From assembly GCA_040954595.2 (NCBI GenBank), contig CM082578.2, forward strand, positions 3,950,831 to 4,014,830: DNA of 64,000 bases. Reading direction: 5' to 3'. Under the pieces are notes generated by a model. It searched no databases and was not told the origin of the DNA. It was given only the letters and a program-made list of their open reading frames with translations. Source of the stretch: Balanoglossus misakiensis (Eukaryota; Animalia; Hemichordata). Positions 23,201-38,200 of the stretch are shown one piece after another (within the stretch, counting starts at the first letter, position 1; the number at the start of each line of letters is the position of its first letter). The position numbers and the translations under genes were made by a program.

Positions 23201-26200
23201 TTTTCAAACTTGCTACAGTGGTCAAGGTCAATGAGTAGTCGTGCATTGAACCCATGAATTTTTAATTAGTCACGTGACCTGGCGGCCATATTGGATTTTC
23301 TGAAAAAATGCAAATCTCAGATCTCAGAAACTACAAGTCAGATCGACTTCAAATTTGGCGTGCAGGTAGACTACCTTCTGTCAATCATTTTTGTAATTGG
23401 AAATTATGCTGACAAAGTTGCAGTTTTTTTGCTACAATTTTTTTTCTGAAATCTGGCTTAAATTTCAAAAATCTTCTTCTCCAGAACCGGTGATAACCGA
23501 GACACGGGGTTTAGGGTATGTGGTCACCTAACTGATGTCTATCAAGTTTGCGAAGATCATTGTGATTGGTCGAAGATTACGGCGGCCATATTGGATTTTC
23601 GAAAAACCCTAGTAAAATTTCAAAAATCTTCTTCTCAAGAATCGGCGATAACCGAGTCACAAGATTTGGTGTGTGTGGTCATTAAACAGATGTCTAACAA
23701 GTTTGCGAAGGGGAATGTGATTGGTCGAAGATTATGGTGGCCATATTGGATTTTGTGAAAAACGATTAAAAAGAAAAAATTCCCTTTCTAGCCTAAAAAT
23801 TGATAGCACAGAAATTCTTTTTATGGATATGAATCATCATATGCCAAGAATAAGCTATAAATATTTTGGTAATTTTGGCAATGACCTTTGACCTACTTTT
23901 GACGCATCATTTTTCTGCATATCTAATTCCAGGCTAACCAATAGGGCTATAAGTTTGGTTTTTGATGTATGTGGATTTGTATGTGATCAAAAAATGTTGC
24001 TACTTTTCATGACCCCTTTGACCTCTGCTGACCTCATTAAATATGCACATACCTAATTACAGGTGAACCAATAGACCTAGAGGTTTTGTTTTTGTTATAC
24101 ATGGACCAGTATGGGGTGAAACTATTTTGCCCAAATGTTGGGTGACCTCGGGTGACCTTTGACCTACTTTTGCATATCTTGACATCCACAGCAGATACAG
24201 CCTTGGCGTTTGGAGGTATGGGGCCATAATGAAAAGCCAAAGTTTTGGGTCACCTGTGACACCTGCTTACTCATTATTTATGTGTATACCTAATTCTGGG
24301 CTAACCAAAAGGGCTAGATATCTGGTTTTTGTTGGACATGGACTACTATGGGTCACAATTTTCTGCCCAAATTGTGGGTGACCTCTGGGTGACCTTTGAC
24401 CTACTTAACACTTTATCAACACCAAGCATAGATATAACCTTGATATTTTATGGGGTAAAACACAGCATTATGTTTCTACTCTTTAATTATGTGCATATCT
24501 AATAATCAGATCAGATAATAGAGCTTGGGCCCGGACAATGCTGCTTGCAGCTTTAATTAGGGCCCAAGCGCATACCAGCGCTTGGGCCCTATTGGTTTCG
24601 TTGGGGTTTTTCTGTCTTTCCTTCTTTCTTCTTTCTTTCTTTAGGGCCCAAGCGCATACCAGCGCTTGGGCCCTATTGGTTTCGTTGGGGTTTTTAGGGC
24701 CCAAGCGCAAGCCAGCGCTTGGGCCCTATTGGTTTCGTTGGGGTTTTTCTTTCTTTCTTCTTTCTTTATTCTTGTGTCAATTCTTTGTCGCTCTAGATCT
24801 CAGACACCACTGCAGGTACACTTCTGAAACTTGCTACAGTGGTCAAGGTCAATGAGTAGTCGTGCATTGAACCCTTGAATTTCTAATTAGTCACATGACC
24901 TGGCAGCCATCTTGGATTTTCTGAAAATATGCAAATCTCAGATCTCAGAAACTACAAGTCAGATCGACTTCAAATTTGGCGTGCAGGTAGACTACCTTCT
25001 GCTTATCATTTTTGTAATTGGAAATTATGCTGAAAAAGTTGCAGTTTTTTTGCTACAATTTTTTTTCTGAAATCTGGCTTAAATTTCAAAAATCTTCTAC
25101 TCCAGAACCGGTGATAACCGAGACACTGGGTTTGGGGTATGTGGTCACCAAACTGAGGTCTATCAAGTTTGCGAAGATCATTGTGATTGGTCGAAGATTA
25201 TGGCGGCCATATTGGATTTTCGAAAAACCCTAGTAAAATTTCAAAAATCTTCTTCTCAAGAACCAGCGATAACCGAGTCACAAGATTTGGGGAGTATGGT
25301 CACTACACTGATGTCTATCAAGTTTGCGAAGATCATTGTGATTGGTCGAAGATTTTGGCGGCCATATTGGATTTTGTGAACAACGATTAAAAAGTAAAAA
25401 TTCCGTTTCTAGCCTAAAAATTGATAGCACAGAAATTCTTTTTATGGATATGAATCATCATATGACAAGAATAAGCTATAAATATTTTGGTAATTTTGGC
25501 AATGACCTTTGACCTACTTTTGACGCATCATTTTTCTGCATATCTAATTCCAGGCTAACCAATAGGGCTATAAGTTTGGTTTTTGATGTATTTGGTTTTG
25601 TATGTGATCAAAAATTTTTGCTACTTTTCATGACCCCTTTGACCTCTGCTGATCTCATTAAATATGCGCATACCTAATTACAGATGAACCAAATGACCTA
25701 GAGGTTTTGTTTTTGTTATACATGGACCAGTATGGGGTCAAAATATTTTGCCCAAATGTTGGGTGACCTCAGGTGACCTTTGACCTACTTTTGCATATCT
25801 CGACATCCACAGCAGATACAGCCTTGGCGTTTGGAGGTATGGGGCCATAATGAAAAGCCAAAGTTTTGGGTCACCTGTGACACCTGCTTAACTCATTAAT
25901 TATGTGCATACCTAATTATAGGCTAACCAAAAGGGCTAGAGGTCTGGTTTTTGTTGGACATGGACCACTATGGGTCAAAATTTTCTGCCCAAATTTTGGA
26001 TGACCTCAGATGACCTTTGACCTACTTTTGCATATCTCGGCATCCAAAGCAGGTACAGCCTTGGCATTTGGAGGTATGGGGCCATAATGAAAAGCCAAAG
26101 CTAAAGTTTTGGGTCACCTGTGACACCTGCTTTACGCATTATTTATGTGCATACCTAATTCCAGGCTAACCAAAAGGGCTAGAGGTCTGGTTTTTGTTGG

Positions 26201-29200
26201 ACATGGACCACTATGGGTTAAAATTTTCTGCCCAAATGTTGGGTGACCTCTGGGTGACCTTTGACCTACTTAACACTTTATCAGCACCAAACATAGATAA
26301 AACCTTGATATTTCATGGGATAGAACAGCATTATGTTTCTACTCATTAATTATGTGCATATCTAATATCAGATCAGATAATAGAGCTTGGGCCCGGACAA
26401 TGCTGCTTGCAGCTTTAATTCTTTCTTTCTTTCTTTCTTTCTTTATTCTTCTGTCATTTCTTTGTCGCTCTAGATCTCAGACACCACTGCAGGTACAGTT
26501 CTCAAACTTGCTACAGTGGTCAAGGTCAATGAGTAGTCGTGCATTGAACCCATGAATTTTTAATTAGTCACATGACCTGGCGGCCATCTTGGATTTTCTG
26601 AAAAAATGCAAATCTCAGATCTCAGAAACTACAAGTCAGATCGACTTCAAATTTGGCGTGCAGGTAGACTACCTTCTGTCAAACATTTTTGTAATTGGAA
26701 ATTATGCTGTCAATGTTGCAGTTTTTTTGCTACAATTTTTTTTCTGAAATCTGGCTTGAATTTCAAAAATCTTCTTCTCCAGAACCGGTGATAACCGAGA
26801 CATGGGATTTGGGGTATGTGGTCACCTAACTGATGTCTATCAAGTTTGCGAAGATCATTGTGATTGGTCGAAGATTATGGCGGCCATATTGGATTTTCGA
26901 AAAACCCTAGTAAAATTTCAAAAATCTTCTTCTCAAGAACCGGCAATAACCGAGTCACAAGATTTTGTGTGTGTGGTCATTCAACAGATGTCTATCAAGT
27001 TTGCGAAGAGGAATTTGATTGGTCGAAGATTATGGCGGCCATATTGGATTTTCTTAAAAACGATTAAAAAGTAAAAATTCCCTTTCTAGCCTAAAAATTG
27101 ATAGCACAGAAATTCTTTTTATGGATATGAATCATCATATAACAAGAATAAGCTATAAATATTTTGGTAATTTTGGCAATGACCTTTGACCTACTTTTGA
27201 CGCATCAATTTTCTGCATATCTAATTCCAGGCTAACCAATAGGGCTATAAGTTTCGTTTTTGATGTATGTGGATTTGTATGTGATCAAAAAATTTTGGTA
27301 CTTTTCATGACCCCTTTGACCTCTGCTGACCTCATTAAATATGCGCATACCTTATTACAGGTGAACCAATAGACCTAGAGGTTTTGTTTTTGTTGGACAG
27401 GACAAGTATAGGGTCAAAATGTTTTACCCAAATTTTGGGTGACCTCTGGTGACCTTTGACCTAATTTCGCAAATCTCAGCATCCACAGCAGATACAGCCT
27501 TGGCGTTTGGAGGTAAGGGGCCATAATGAAAAGCCAAAGTTTTGGGTCACCTGTGACACCTGCTTAACTCATTATTTATGTGCATACCTAATTCCGGGCT
27601 AACCAAAAGGGTTAGAGGTCTGGTTTTTGTTGGACATGGACCACTATGGGTCAAAATTTTCTGCACAAACTGTGGGTGACCTCTGACCTACTTAACACTA
27701 TATCAGCACTAAACATAGATATAATCTTGATATTTCATGGGATAAAACACAGCATTATGTTTCTACTCATTAATTATGTGCATATCTAATAATCAGATCA
27801 GATAATAGAGCTTGGGCCCGGACAATGCTGCTTGCAGCTTTAATTACGGGCCCAAGCCAAGCCAGGCTTGGGCCCGTATTGGTTTCGTTGGGGTTTTTTA
27901 CGGGCCCAAGCCAAGCCAGGCTTGGGCCCGTATTGGTTTCGTTGGGGTTTTTCTTTCTTTCTTTCTTTCTTTCTTTCTTTATTCTTGGTTCATTTCTTTC
28001 GCGCTCTAGATCTCAGACACCGCTGCAGGTACAGTTCTCAAACTAGCTACAGTGGTCAAGGTCAATGAGTAGATGTGCAGTGACTTGTGAATACTTAATT
28101 AGTCACGTGACATGGCGGCCATATTGGATTTTCTGAAAAAATGCAAATCTCAGATCTCAGAAACTACAAGTCAGATCGACTTCAGATTTGGTGTGCTGGT
28201 AGTATACCCTCTGCCCATCATTTTTGTAATTGGATATTTTGCTGTCAATGTTGCAGTTTTTTTGCTACAGTTGTTTTTCTGAAATCTGGTCAAAATTTCA
28301 AAAATCTTCTTCTCCAGAACCGGCGATAACCGAGTCACGCCGTTTGGGGTATGTGGTCACCTAACTGATGTCTATCAAGTTTGCGAAGATCATTGTGATT
28401 GGTCGAAGATTATGGCGGCCATATTGGATTTTCGAAAAACCATAGTAAAACTTCAAAAATCTTCTTCTCCAGAACGGGCGATAACCGAGTCACAAGATTT
28501 GGTGTGTGTGGTCATTAAACGGATGTCTATCAAGTTTGCGAAGGGGAATGTGATTGGTCGAAGATTATGGCGGCCATATTGGATTTTGTGAAAAACGATT
28601 AAAAAGTAAAAATTCCTTTTCTAGCCTAAAAATTGATAGCACAGAAATTCTTTTTATGGATATGAATCATCATATGACAAGAATAACCTATAAATATTTT
28701 GGTAATTTTGGCAATGACCTTTGACCTACTTTTGACGAATCATTTTTCTGCATATCTAATTCCAGGCTAACCAATAGGGCTATAAGTTTGGTTTTTGATG
28801 TATGTGGATTTGTATGTGATCAAAAAATGTTGCTACTTTTCATGACCCCTTTGACCTCTGGTGACCTCATTAAATATGCATATACCTAATTACAGATGAA
28901 CCAATAGACCTAGAGGTTTTGTTTTTGTTATACATGGACCAGTATGGGGTCAAAATATTTTGCCCAAATGTTGGGTGACCTCGGGTGACCTTTGACCTAC
29001 TTTTGCATATCTCGGCATCCAAAGCAGGTACAGCCTTGGCATTTGGAGATATGGGGCCATATTGAAAAGCCAAAGTTTTGGGTCACCTGTGACCTCTGCT
29101 GACCTCATTTATTATGTGCATAGCTAATTACAGGCGAACCAATAGAGCTAGAGGTCTGGTTTTTGTTGGACATGGACCACTATGGGTCAAAATTTTCTTG

Positions 29201-32200
29201 CCCAAATTTTGGGTGACCTCAGATGACCTTTGACCTACTTTTGCATATCTCGGCATCCAAAGCAGGTACAGCCTTGGCGTTTGGAGGTATGGGGCCATAA
29301 TGAAAGCCAAAGTTTTGGGTCACCTGTGACACCTGCTTAACTCATTATTTATGTGCATACATAATTCCGGGCTAACCAAAAGGGCTAGAGGTCTGGATTT
29401 TGTTGGACATGGACCACTATGGGTCAAAATTTTCTGCCCAAATTTTGGGTGACCTCAGATGACCTTTGACCTACTTTTGCATATCTCAGCATCCAAAGCA
29501 GGTACATCCTTGGCATTTGGAGATATGGGGCCATAATTAAAAGCCAAAGTTTTGGGTCACCAGTGACACCTGCTTAACTCATTATGTATGTGCATACCTA
29601 ATTCCGGGCTAACCAAAAGGGCTAGAGGTCTGGTTTTTGTTGGACATGGACCACTATGGGTCAAAATTTTCTACCCAAATTATGGGTGACCTCTGGGTGA
29701 CCTTTGACCTACTTAACACTATATCAACACCAAACATAGATATAACCTTGATATTTCATGGGATAAAACACAGCATTATGTTTCTACTCATTAATTATGT
29801 GCATATCTAATAACCAGATCAGATAATAGAGCTTGGGCCCGGACAATGCTGCTTGCAGCTTTAATCTTTCTTTCTTTCTTTCTTTATTCTTGGTTCACTT
29901 CTTTCGCGCTCTAGATCTCAGACACCGCTGCAGGTACAGTTCTCAAACTTGCTACAGTGGTCAAGGTCAATGAGTAGATGTGCAGTGACTTGTGAATACT
30001 TAATTAGTCACGTGACATGGCGGCCATATTGGATTTTCTGAAAAAATGCAAATCTCAGATCTCAGAAACTACAAGTCAGATCGAGTTCAGATTTGGCGTG
30101 CTGGTAGTATACCCTCTGCCCATCATTTGTGTAATTGGATATTTTGCTGTCAATGTTGCAGTTTTTTTGCTACAGTTGTTTTTCTGAAATCTGGTCAAAA
30201 TTTCAAAAATCTTCTTCTCAAGAACCGGCGATAACCGAGTCACGCCGTTTGGGGTATGTGGTCACCTAACTGATGTCTATCAAGTTTGCGAAGATCATTG
30301 TGATTGGTCGAAGATTATGGCGGCCATATTGGATTTTTGAAAAACCATAGTAAAACTTCAAAAATCTTCTTCTCCAGAACGGGCGATAACCGAGTCACAA
30401 GATTTGGTGTGTGTGGTCATTAAACAGATGTCTATCAAGTTTGCGAAGGGGAATGTGATTGGTCGAAGATTATGGCGGCCATATTGGATTTTGTGAAAAA
30501 CGATTAAAAAGTAAAAATTCCTTTTCTAGCCTAAAAATTGATAGCACAGAAATTCTTTTTATGGATATGAATCATCATATGACAAGAATAACCTATAAAT
30601 ATTTCGGTAATTTTGGCAATGACCTTTGACCTACTTTTGACGCATCATTTTTCTGCATATCTAATTCCAGGCTAACCAATAGGGCTATAAGTTTGGTTTT
30701 TGATGTATGTGGATTTGTATGTGATCAAAAAATTTTGCTACTTTTCATGACCCCTTTGACCTCTGGTGACCTCATTAAATATGCGCATACCTAATTACAG
30801 ATGAACCAATAGACCTAGAGGTTTTGTTTTTGTTATACATGGACCAGTATGGGGTCAAAATATTTTGCCCAAATGTTGGGTGACCTCGGGTGACCTTTGA
30901 CCTACTTTTGCATATCTCGGCATCCAAAGCAGGTACAGCCTTGGCATTTGGAGATATGGGGCCATATTGAAAAGCCAAAGTTTTGGGTCACCTGTGACCT
31001 CTGCTGACCTCATAATTATGTGCATAGCTAATTACAGGCGAACCAATAGAGCTAGAGGTCTGGTTTTTGTTGGACATGGACCACTATGGGTCAAAATTTT
31101 CTTGCCCAAATTTTGGGTGACCTCAGATGACCTTTGACCTACTTTTGCATATCTCGGCATCCAAAGCAGGTACATCCTTGGCATTTGGAGATATGGGGCC
31201 ATAATTAAAAGCCAAAGTTTTGGGTCACCAGTGACACCTGCTTAACTCATTATTTATGTGCATACCTAATTCCGGGCTAACCAAAAGGGCTAGAGGTCTG
31301 GTTTTTGTTGGACATGGACCACTATGGGTCAAAATTTTCTGCCCAAATTATGGGTGACCTTTGACCTACTTAACACTATATCAACACCAAACATAGATAT
31401 AACCTTGATATTTCATGGGATAAAACACAGCATTATGTTTCTACACATTAATTATGTGCATATCTAATAATCAGATCAGATAATAGAGCTTGGGCCCGGA
31501 CAATGCTGCTTGCAGCTTTAATTCTTTCTTTATTCTTGTGTCAATTCTTTGTCGCTCTAGATCTCAGACACCGCTGCAGGTACACTTCTGAAACTTGCTA
31601 CAGTGGTCAAGGTCAATGAGTAGTCGTGCATTGAACCTGTGAATTTTTAATTAGTCACGTGACCTGGCGGCCATCTTGGATTTTCTAAAAAAATGCAAAT
31701 CTCAGATCTCAGAAACTACAAGTCAGATCAACTTCAAATTTGGCATGCTGGTAGACTACCTCCTGCCCATCATTTTTGTAATTGGAAATTATGCTGACAA
31801 TGTTGCAGTTTTTTTGCTACAATTTTTTTTCTGAAATCTGGCTTAAATTTCAAAAATCTTCTTCTCCAGAACCAGCGATAACCGAGTCACGCCGTTTGGG
31901 GTATGTGGTCACCTAACAGATGTCTATCAAGTTTGCGAAGATCATTGTGATTGGTCGAAGATTATGGCGGCGATATTGGATTTTCGAAAAACCATAGTAA
32001 AACTTCAAAAATCTTCTTCTCCAGAACGGGCGATAACCGAGTCACAAGATTTGGTGTGTGTGGTCATTAAACAGATGTCTATCAAGTTTGCGAAGGGGAA
32101 TGTGATTGGTCGAAGATTATGGCGGCCATATTGGATTTTGTGAAAAACGATTAAAAAGTAAAAATTCCCTTTTTAGCCTAAAAATTGATAGCACAGAAAT

Positions 32201-35200
32201 TCTTTTTATGGATATGAATCATCATATGCCAAGAATAAGCTATAAATATTTTGGTAATTTTGGCAATGACCTTTGACCTACTTTTGACGCATCATTTTTC
32301 TGCATATCTAATTCCAGGCTAACCTTTAAGGCTATCATTTTGGTTTTTGATGTATGTGGATTCGTATGTGATCAAAAAATTTTGCTACTTTTCACGACCC
32401 CTTTGACCTCTGCTGACCTCATTAAATATGCACATACCTAATTACAGATGAACCAATAGACCTAGAGGTTTTGTTTTTGTTATACATGGACAAGTATGGG
32501 GTCAAAATATTTTGCCCAAATGTTGGGTGACCTCGGGTGACCTTTGACCTACTTAACACTATATCAGCAACAGATCAGATAATAGAGCTTGGGCCCGGAC
32601 AATGCTGCTTGCAGCTTTAATTCTTTCTTTCTTTCTTTCTTTCTTTATTCTTGTGTCATTCTTTGTCGCTCTAGATCTCAGACACCACTGCAGATACAGT
32701 TCTCAAACTTGCTACAGTGGTCAAGGTCAATGAGTAGTCGTGCATTGAACCCATGAATTTTTAATTAGTCACATGACCTGGCCGCCATATTGGATTTTCT
32801 GAAAAAATGCAAATCTCAGATCTCAGAAACTACAAGTCAGATCGACTTCAAATTTGGCATGCAGGTAGACTACCTTCTGTCAATCATTTTTGTAATTGGA
32901 AATTATGCTGACAAAGTTGCAGTTTTTTTGCTACAATTTTTTTTCTGAAATCTGGCTTAAATTTCAAAAATCTTCTTCTCCAGAACCGGTGATAACCAAG
33001 ACACGGGGTTTGGGGTATGTGGTCACCTAACTGATGTCTATCAAGTTTGCGAAGATCATTGTGATTGGTTGAAGATTATGGCAGCCATATTGGATTTTCG
33101 AAAAACCCTAGTAAAATTGCAAAATTCTTCTTCTCAAGAACCGGCGATAACCGAGTCACAAGATTTGGTGTGTGTGGTCATTAATCAGATGTCTATCAAG
33201 TTTGCGAAGAGCATTGTGATTGGTCGAAGATTATGGCGGCCATATTGGATTTTGTGAAAAACGATTAAAAAGTAGAAATTCCCTTTCTAGCCTAAAAATT
33301 GATAGCACAGAAATTCTTTTTATGGATATGAATCATCATATGACAAGAATAAGCTATAAATATTTTGGTAATTTTGGCAATGACCTTTGACCTACTTTTG
33401 ACGCATCATTTTTCTGCATATCTAATTCCAGGCTAACCAATATGGCTATAAGTTTGGTTTTTGATGTATGTGGATTTGTATGTGATCAAAAAATTTTGCT
33501 ACTTTTTGTGACCCCTTTGACCTCTGCTGACCTCATTAAATATGCACATACCTAATTAATGATGAACCAGTAGACCTAGAGGTTTTGTTTTTGTTATACA
33601 TGGACCAGTATGGGGTCAAAATATTTTGCCCAAATGTTGGGTGACCTCGGGTGACCTTTGACCTACTTTTGCATATCTCGACATCCACAGCAGATACAGC
33701 CTTGGCGTTTGGAGTTATGGGGCCATAATGAAAAGCCACAGTTTTGGGTCACCTGTGACACCTGCTTTACTCATTATTTATGTGCATACCTAATTTCGGG
33801 CTAACCAAAAGGGCTAGAGGTCTACTTTTTGTTGGACATGGACCACTATGGGTCAACATTTTCTGCCCAAATTTTGGATGACCTCGGGTGACCTTTGACC
33901 TACTTTTGCATATCTCGACATCCACAGCATTTACAGCCTTGGGGTTTCGAGGTATGGGGCCATAATGAAAAGCCAAAGTTTTGGGTCACGTGTGACACCT
34001 GCTGAACTCATTATTTATGTGCATACCTAATTCCGGGCTCACCAAAAGGGCTAGAGGTCTGGTTTTTGTTGGACATGGACCACTATGGGTCACAATTTTC
34101 TGCCCAAAATGTGGGTGACCTCTGGGTGACCTTTGACCTACTTAACACTATATCAACACCAAGCATAGATATAACCTTGATATTTTATGGGGTAAAACAC
34201 AGCATTATGTTTCTACTCATTAATTATGTGCATATCTAATAATCAGATAAGATAATAGAGCTTGGGCCCGGACAATGCTGCTTGCAGCTTTAATTCTTTC
34301 TTTATTCTTGTGTCAATTCTTCGGCCAACTAAATCTCTGAAACTACTGCAGGTACACTGCTCAAAGTTGCTACAGTGGTCAAGGTCTATGAGTAGATGTG
34401 CAGTGACTTGTGAATACTTAATTAGTCACGTGACCTGGCGGCCATATTGGATTTTCTGAAAAAATTCAAATCTCAGATCTCAGAAACTACAAGTCAGATT
34501 GACTTCAAATTTGGCATGCAGGTAGACTACCTTCTGCCCATCATTTTTGTAATTGGAAATTTTGCTACAGTGTTGCAGTTTTTTGCTACAATTTTTTTTC
34601 TGAAATCTGGCTTAAATTTCAAAAATCTTCTTCTCCAGAACCGGTGATAACCGAGACACGGGGTTTGGGGTATGTGGTCACCTAACTGATGTCTATCAAG
34701 TTTGCGAAGATCATTGTGATTGGTCGAAGATTATGGCGGCCATATTGGATTTTCGAAAAACCATAGTTAAACTCCAAAAATCTTCTTCTCCAGAACGGGC
34801 GATGACTGAGTCGCAAGATTCGGGGAGTATGGTCACTACACTGATGTCTATCAAGTTTGCAAAGAACATTGTGATTGGTCGAAGATTATGGCGGCCATAT
34901 TGGATTTTGTAAAAAGCAGTGAAAAATTGAAATTCCTTTTTCTAGTCTAAAAGTTGATAGCATACAAATTCTTTTTATGGATATCAATCGTCATGTGACT
35001 ACAATATGTTACAATTTTTTGGCGATTTTTCACATGACCTTTGACCTACTTATCGCGCGTTATTATTTCTGCATATCTAATTCAAGGCTAACCTATAGGG
35101 CTAGACGTTTGGTTTTTGATGAATGTGGATTAGTGTGTGATCAAAATATTTTGCTACTTTTCATGACCCCTTTGACCTCTGCTGACCTCATTAATTATGT

Positions 35201-38200
35201 GCATAGCTAATTACAGGCGAACCAATAGAGCTAGAGGATTGGTTTTTGTTGGACATGGACCAGTATGGGATCAAAATTTTTTGCCCAAATGTTGGGTGAC
35301 CTCTGGTGACCTTTGACCTACTTTTGCATATTTCAGCATCCAGAGCAGATACAGCCATGGCATTTGGTAGGATGGGACCATAATGTAAAGCCACATTTTT
35401 GGGTCACCTGTGACACCTGCTGACCTCATTAAATATGCACATACCTAATTACAGGCGAACCAATAGAGCTAGAGTTTTGGTTTTTGTTTGACATGGACCA
35501 GTATGAGTCAAAAAAAATTTGCCCAAATTTTGGGTGACCTCAGGTGACCTTTGACCTACTTCACCCTATTTCAGCAGCAAAAATACACATGTCCTTGTTA
35601 TGTCATGAGATAATACACCCGATAGAAAATTCTGTTTCTTCTCATTCATACTGTGCATATATAATTCGAGATCAGCGCTTGGGCCCGACAATGCTGCTTG
35701 CAGCTTTAATTAGGGCCCAAGCGCAAGCCAGCGCTTGGGCCCTATTGGTTTCGTTGGGGTTTTTTACGGGCCCAAGCCAAGCCAGGCTTGGGCCCGTATT
35801 GGTTTCGTTGGGGTTTTTACGGGCCCAAGCCAAGCCAGGCTTGGGCCCGTATTGGTTTCGTTGGAATTTTACTTTCTTTCTTTCTTTATTCTTGTGTCAA
35901 TTCTTTGACCCACGAGATCTCAGACACCGCTGCAGGTACACTTCTGAAACTTGCTACAGTGGTCAAGGTCAATGAGTAGTCGTGCATTGAACCCTTGAAT
36001 TTTTAATTAGTCACGTGACCTGGCGGCCATCTTGGATTTTCTGAAAAAATGCAAATCTCAGATCTCAGAAACTACAAGTCAGATCGACTTCAAATTTGGC
36101 AAGCTGGTAGACTACCTTCTGCCCATCATTTTTGTAATTAGAAATTATGCTGACAAAGTTGCAGTTTTTTGCTACAATTTTTTTTCTGAAATCTGGCTTA
36201 AATTTTAAAAATCTTCTTCTCCAGAACCAGTGAAAACCAAGACACGGGGTTTTGGGTATGTGGTCACCTAACTGATGTCTATCAAGTTTGCGAAGATCAT
36301 TGTGATTGGTCGAAGATTATGGCGGCCATATTGGATTTTCGTAAAACCCTAGTAAAATTTCAAAAATCTTCTTCTCAAGAACCGGCGATAACTGAGTCAC
36401 AAGATTTGGTGTGTGTGGTCATTAAACAGATGTCTATCAAATTTGCGAAGAAGAATGTAATTGGTCGAAGATTATGGCGGCCATATTGGATTTTGTGAAA
36501 AACAATTAAAAAGTAAAAATTCCCTTTCTAGCCTAAAAATTGATAGCACAGAAATTCTTTTTATGGATATGAATCATCATATGCCAAGAATAAGCTATAA
36601 ATATTTTGGTAATTTTGGCAATGACCTTTGACCTACTTTTGACGCATCATTTTTCTGCATATCTAATTCCAGGCTACCCAATAGGGCTATAAGTTTTGTT
36701 TTTGATGTATGTGGATTTGTATGTGATCAAAAAATGTTGCTACTTTTCATGACCCCTTTGACCTCTGGTGACCTCATTAAATATGCGCATACCTAATTAA
36801 TGATCAACCAATAGACCTTAGAGGTTTTGTTTTTGTTATACATGGACCAGTATGGGGTCAAAATATTTTGCCCAAATGTTGGGTGACCTCGGGTGACCTT
36901 TGACCTACTTTTGCATATCTCGACATCCACACCAGATACAGCCTTGGCGTTTGGAGGTATGGGGCCATAATGAAAAGCCAAAGTTTTGGGTCACCTGTGA
37001 CACCTGCTTTACTCATTATTTATGTGCATACCTAATTCCGGGCTAACCAAAAGGGCTAGATGTCTGGTTTTTGTTGGACATGGACCACTATGGGTCAAAA
37101 TTTTCTGCCCAAATTTTGGATGAACTCAGATGACCTTTGACCTACTTTTGCATATATCGGCATCCAAAGCAGGTACAGTCTTGGCATTTGGAGGTATGGG
37201 GCCATAATGAAAAGCCAAAGTTTTGGGTCACCTGTGACACCTGCTTAACGCATTATTTATGTGCATACCTAATTACGGGCTAACCAAAAGGGCTAGAGGT
37301 CTGGTTTTTGTTGGACATGGACCACTATGGGTCAAAATATTCTGCCCAAATTTTGGGTGACCTCAGATGACCTTTGACCTACTTAACACTATATCAACAC
37401 CAAACATAGATATAACCTTGATATTTCATGGGATAAAACACAGCATTATGTTTCTACTCATTAATTATGTGCATATCTAATAATCAGATCAGATAATAGA
37501 GCTTGGGCCCGGACAATGCTGCTTGCAGCTTTAATTCTTTCTTTCTTTCTTTCTTTCTTTATTCTTGGTTCACTTCTTTCGCGCTCTAGATCTCAGACAC
37601 CGCTGCAGGTACAGTTCTCAAACTTGCTACAGTGGTCAAGGTCAATGAGTAGATGTGCAGTGACTTGTGAATACTTAATTAGTCACGTGACATGGCGGCC
37701 ATATTGGATTTTCTGAAAAAATGCAAATCTCAGATCTCAGAAACTACAAGTCAGATCGAGTTCAGATTTGGCGTGCTGGTAGTATACCCTCTGCCCATCG
37801 TTTTTGTAATTGGATATTTTGCTGTCAATGTTGCAGTTTTTTTGCTACAGTTGTTTTTCTGATATCTGGTCAAAATTTCAAAAATCTTCTTCTCCAGAAC
37901 CGGCGATAACCGAGTCACGCCGTTTGGGGTATGTGGTCACCTAACTGATGTCTATCAAGTTTGCGAAGATCATTGTGATTGGTCGAAGATTATGGCGGCC
38001 ATATTGGATTTTCGTAAAACCATAGTAAAACTTCAAAAATCTTCTTCTCCAGAACGGGCGATAACCGAGTCACAAGATTTGGTGTGTGTGGTCATTAAAC
38101 AGATGTCTATCAAGTTTGAGAAGGGGAATGTGATTGGTCGAAGATTATGGCGGCCATATTGGATTTTGTGAAAAACGATTAAAAAGTAAAAATTCCTTTT

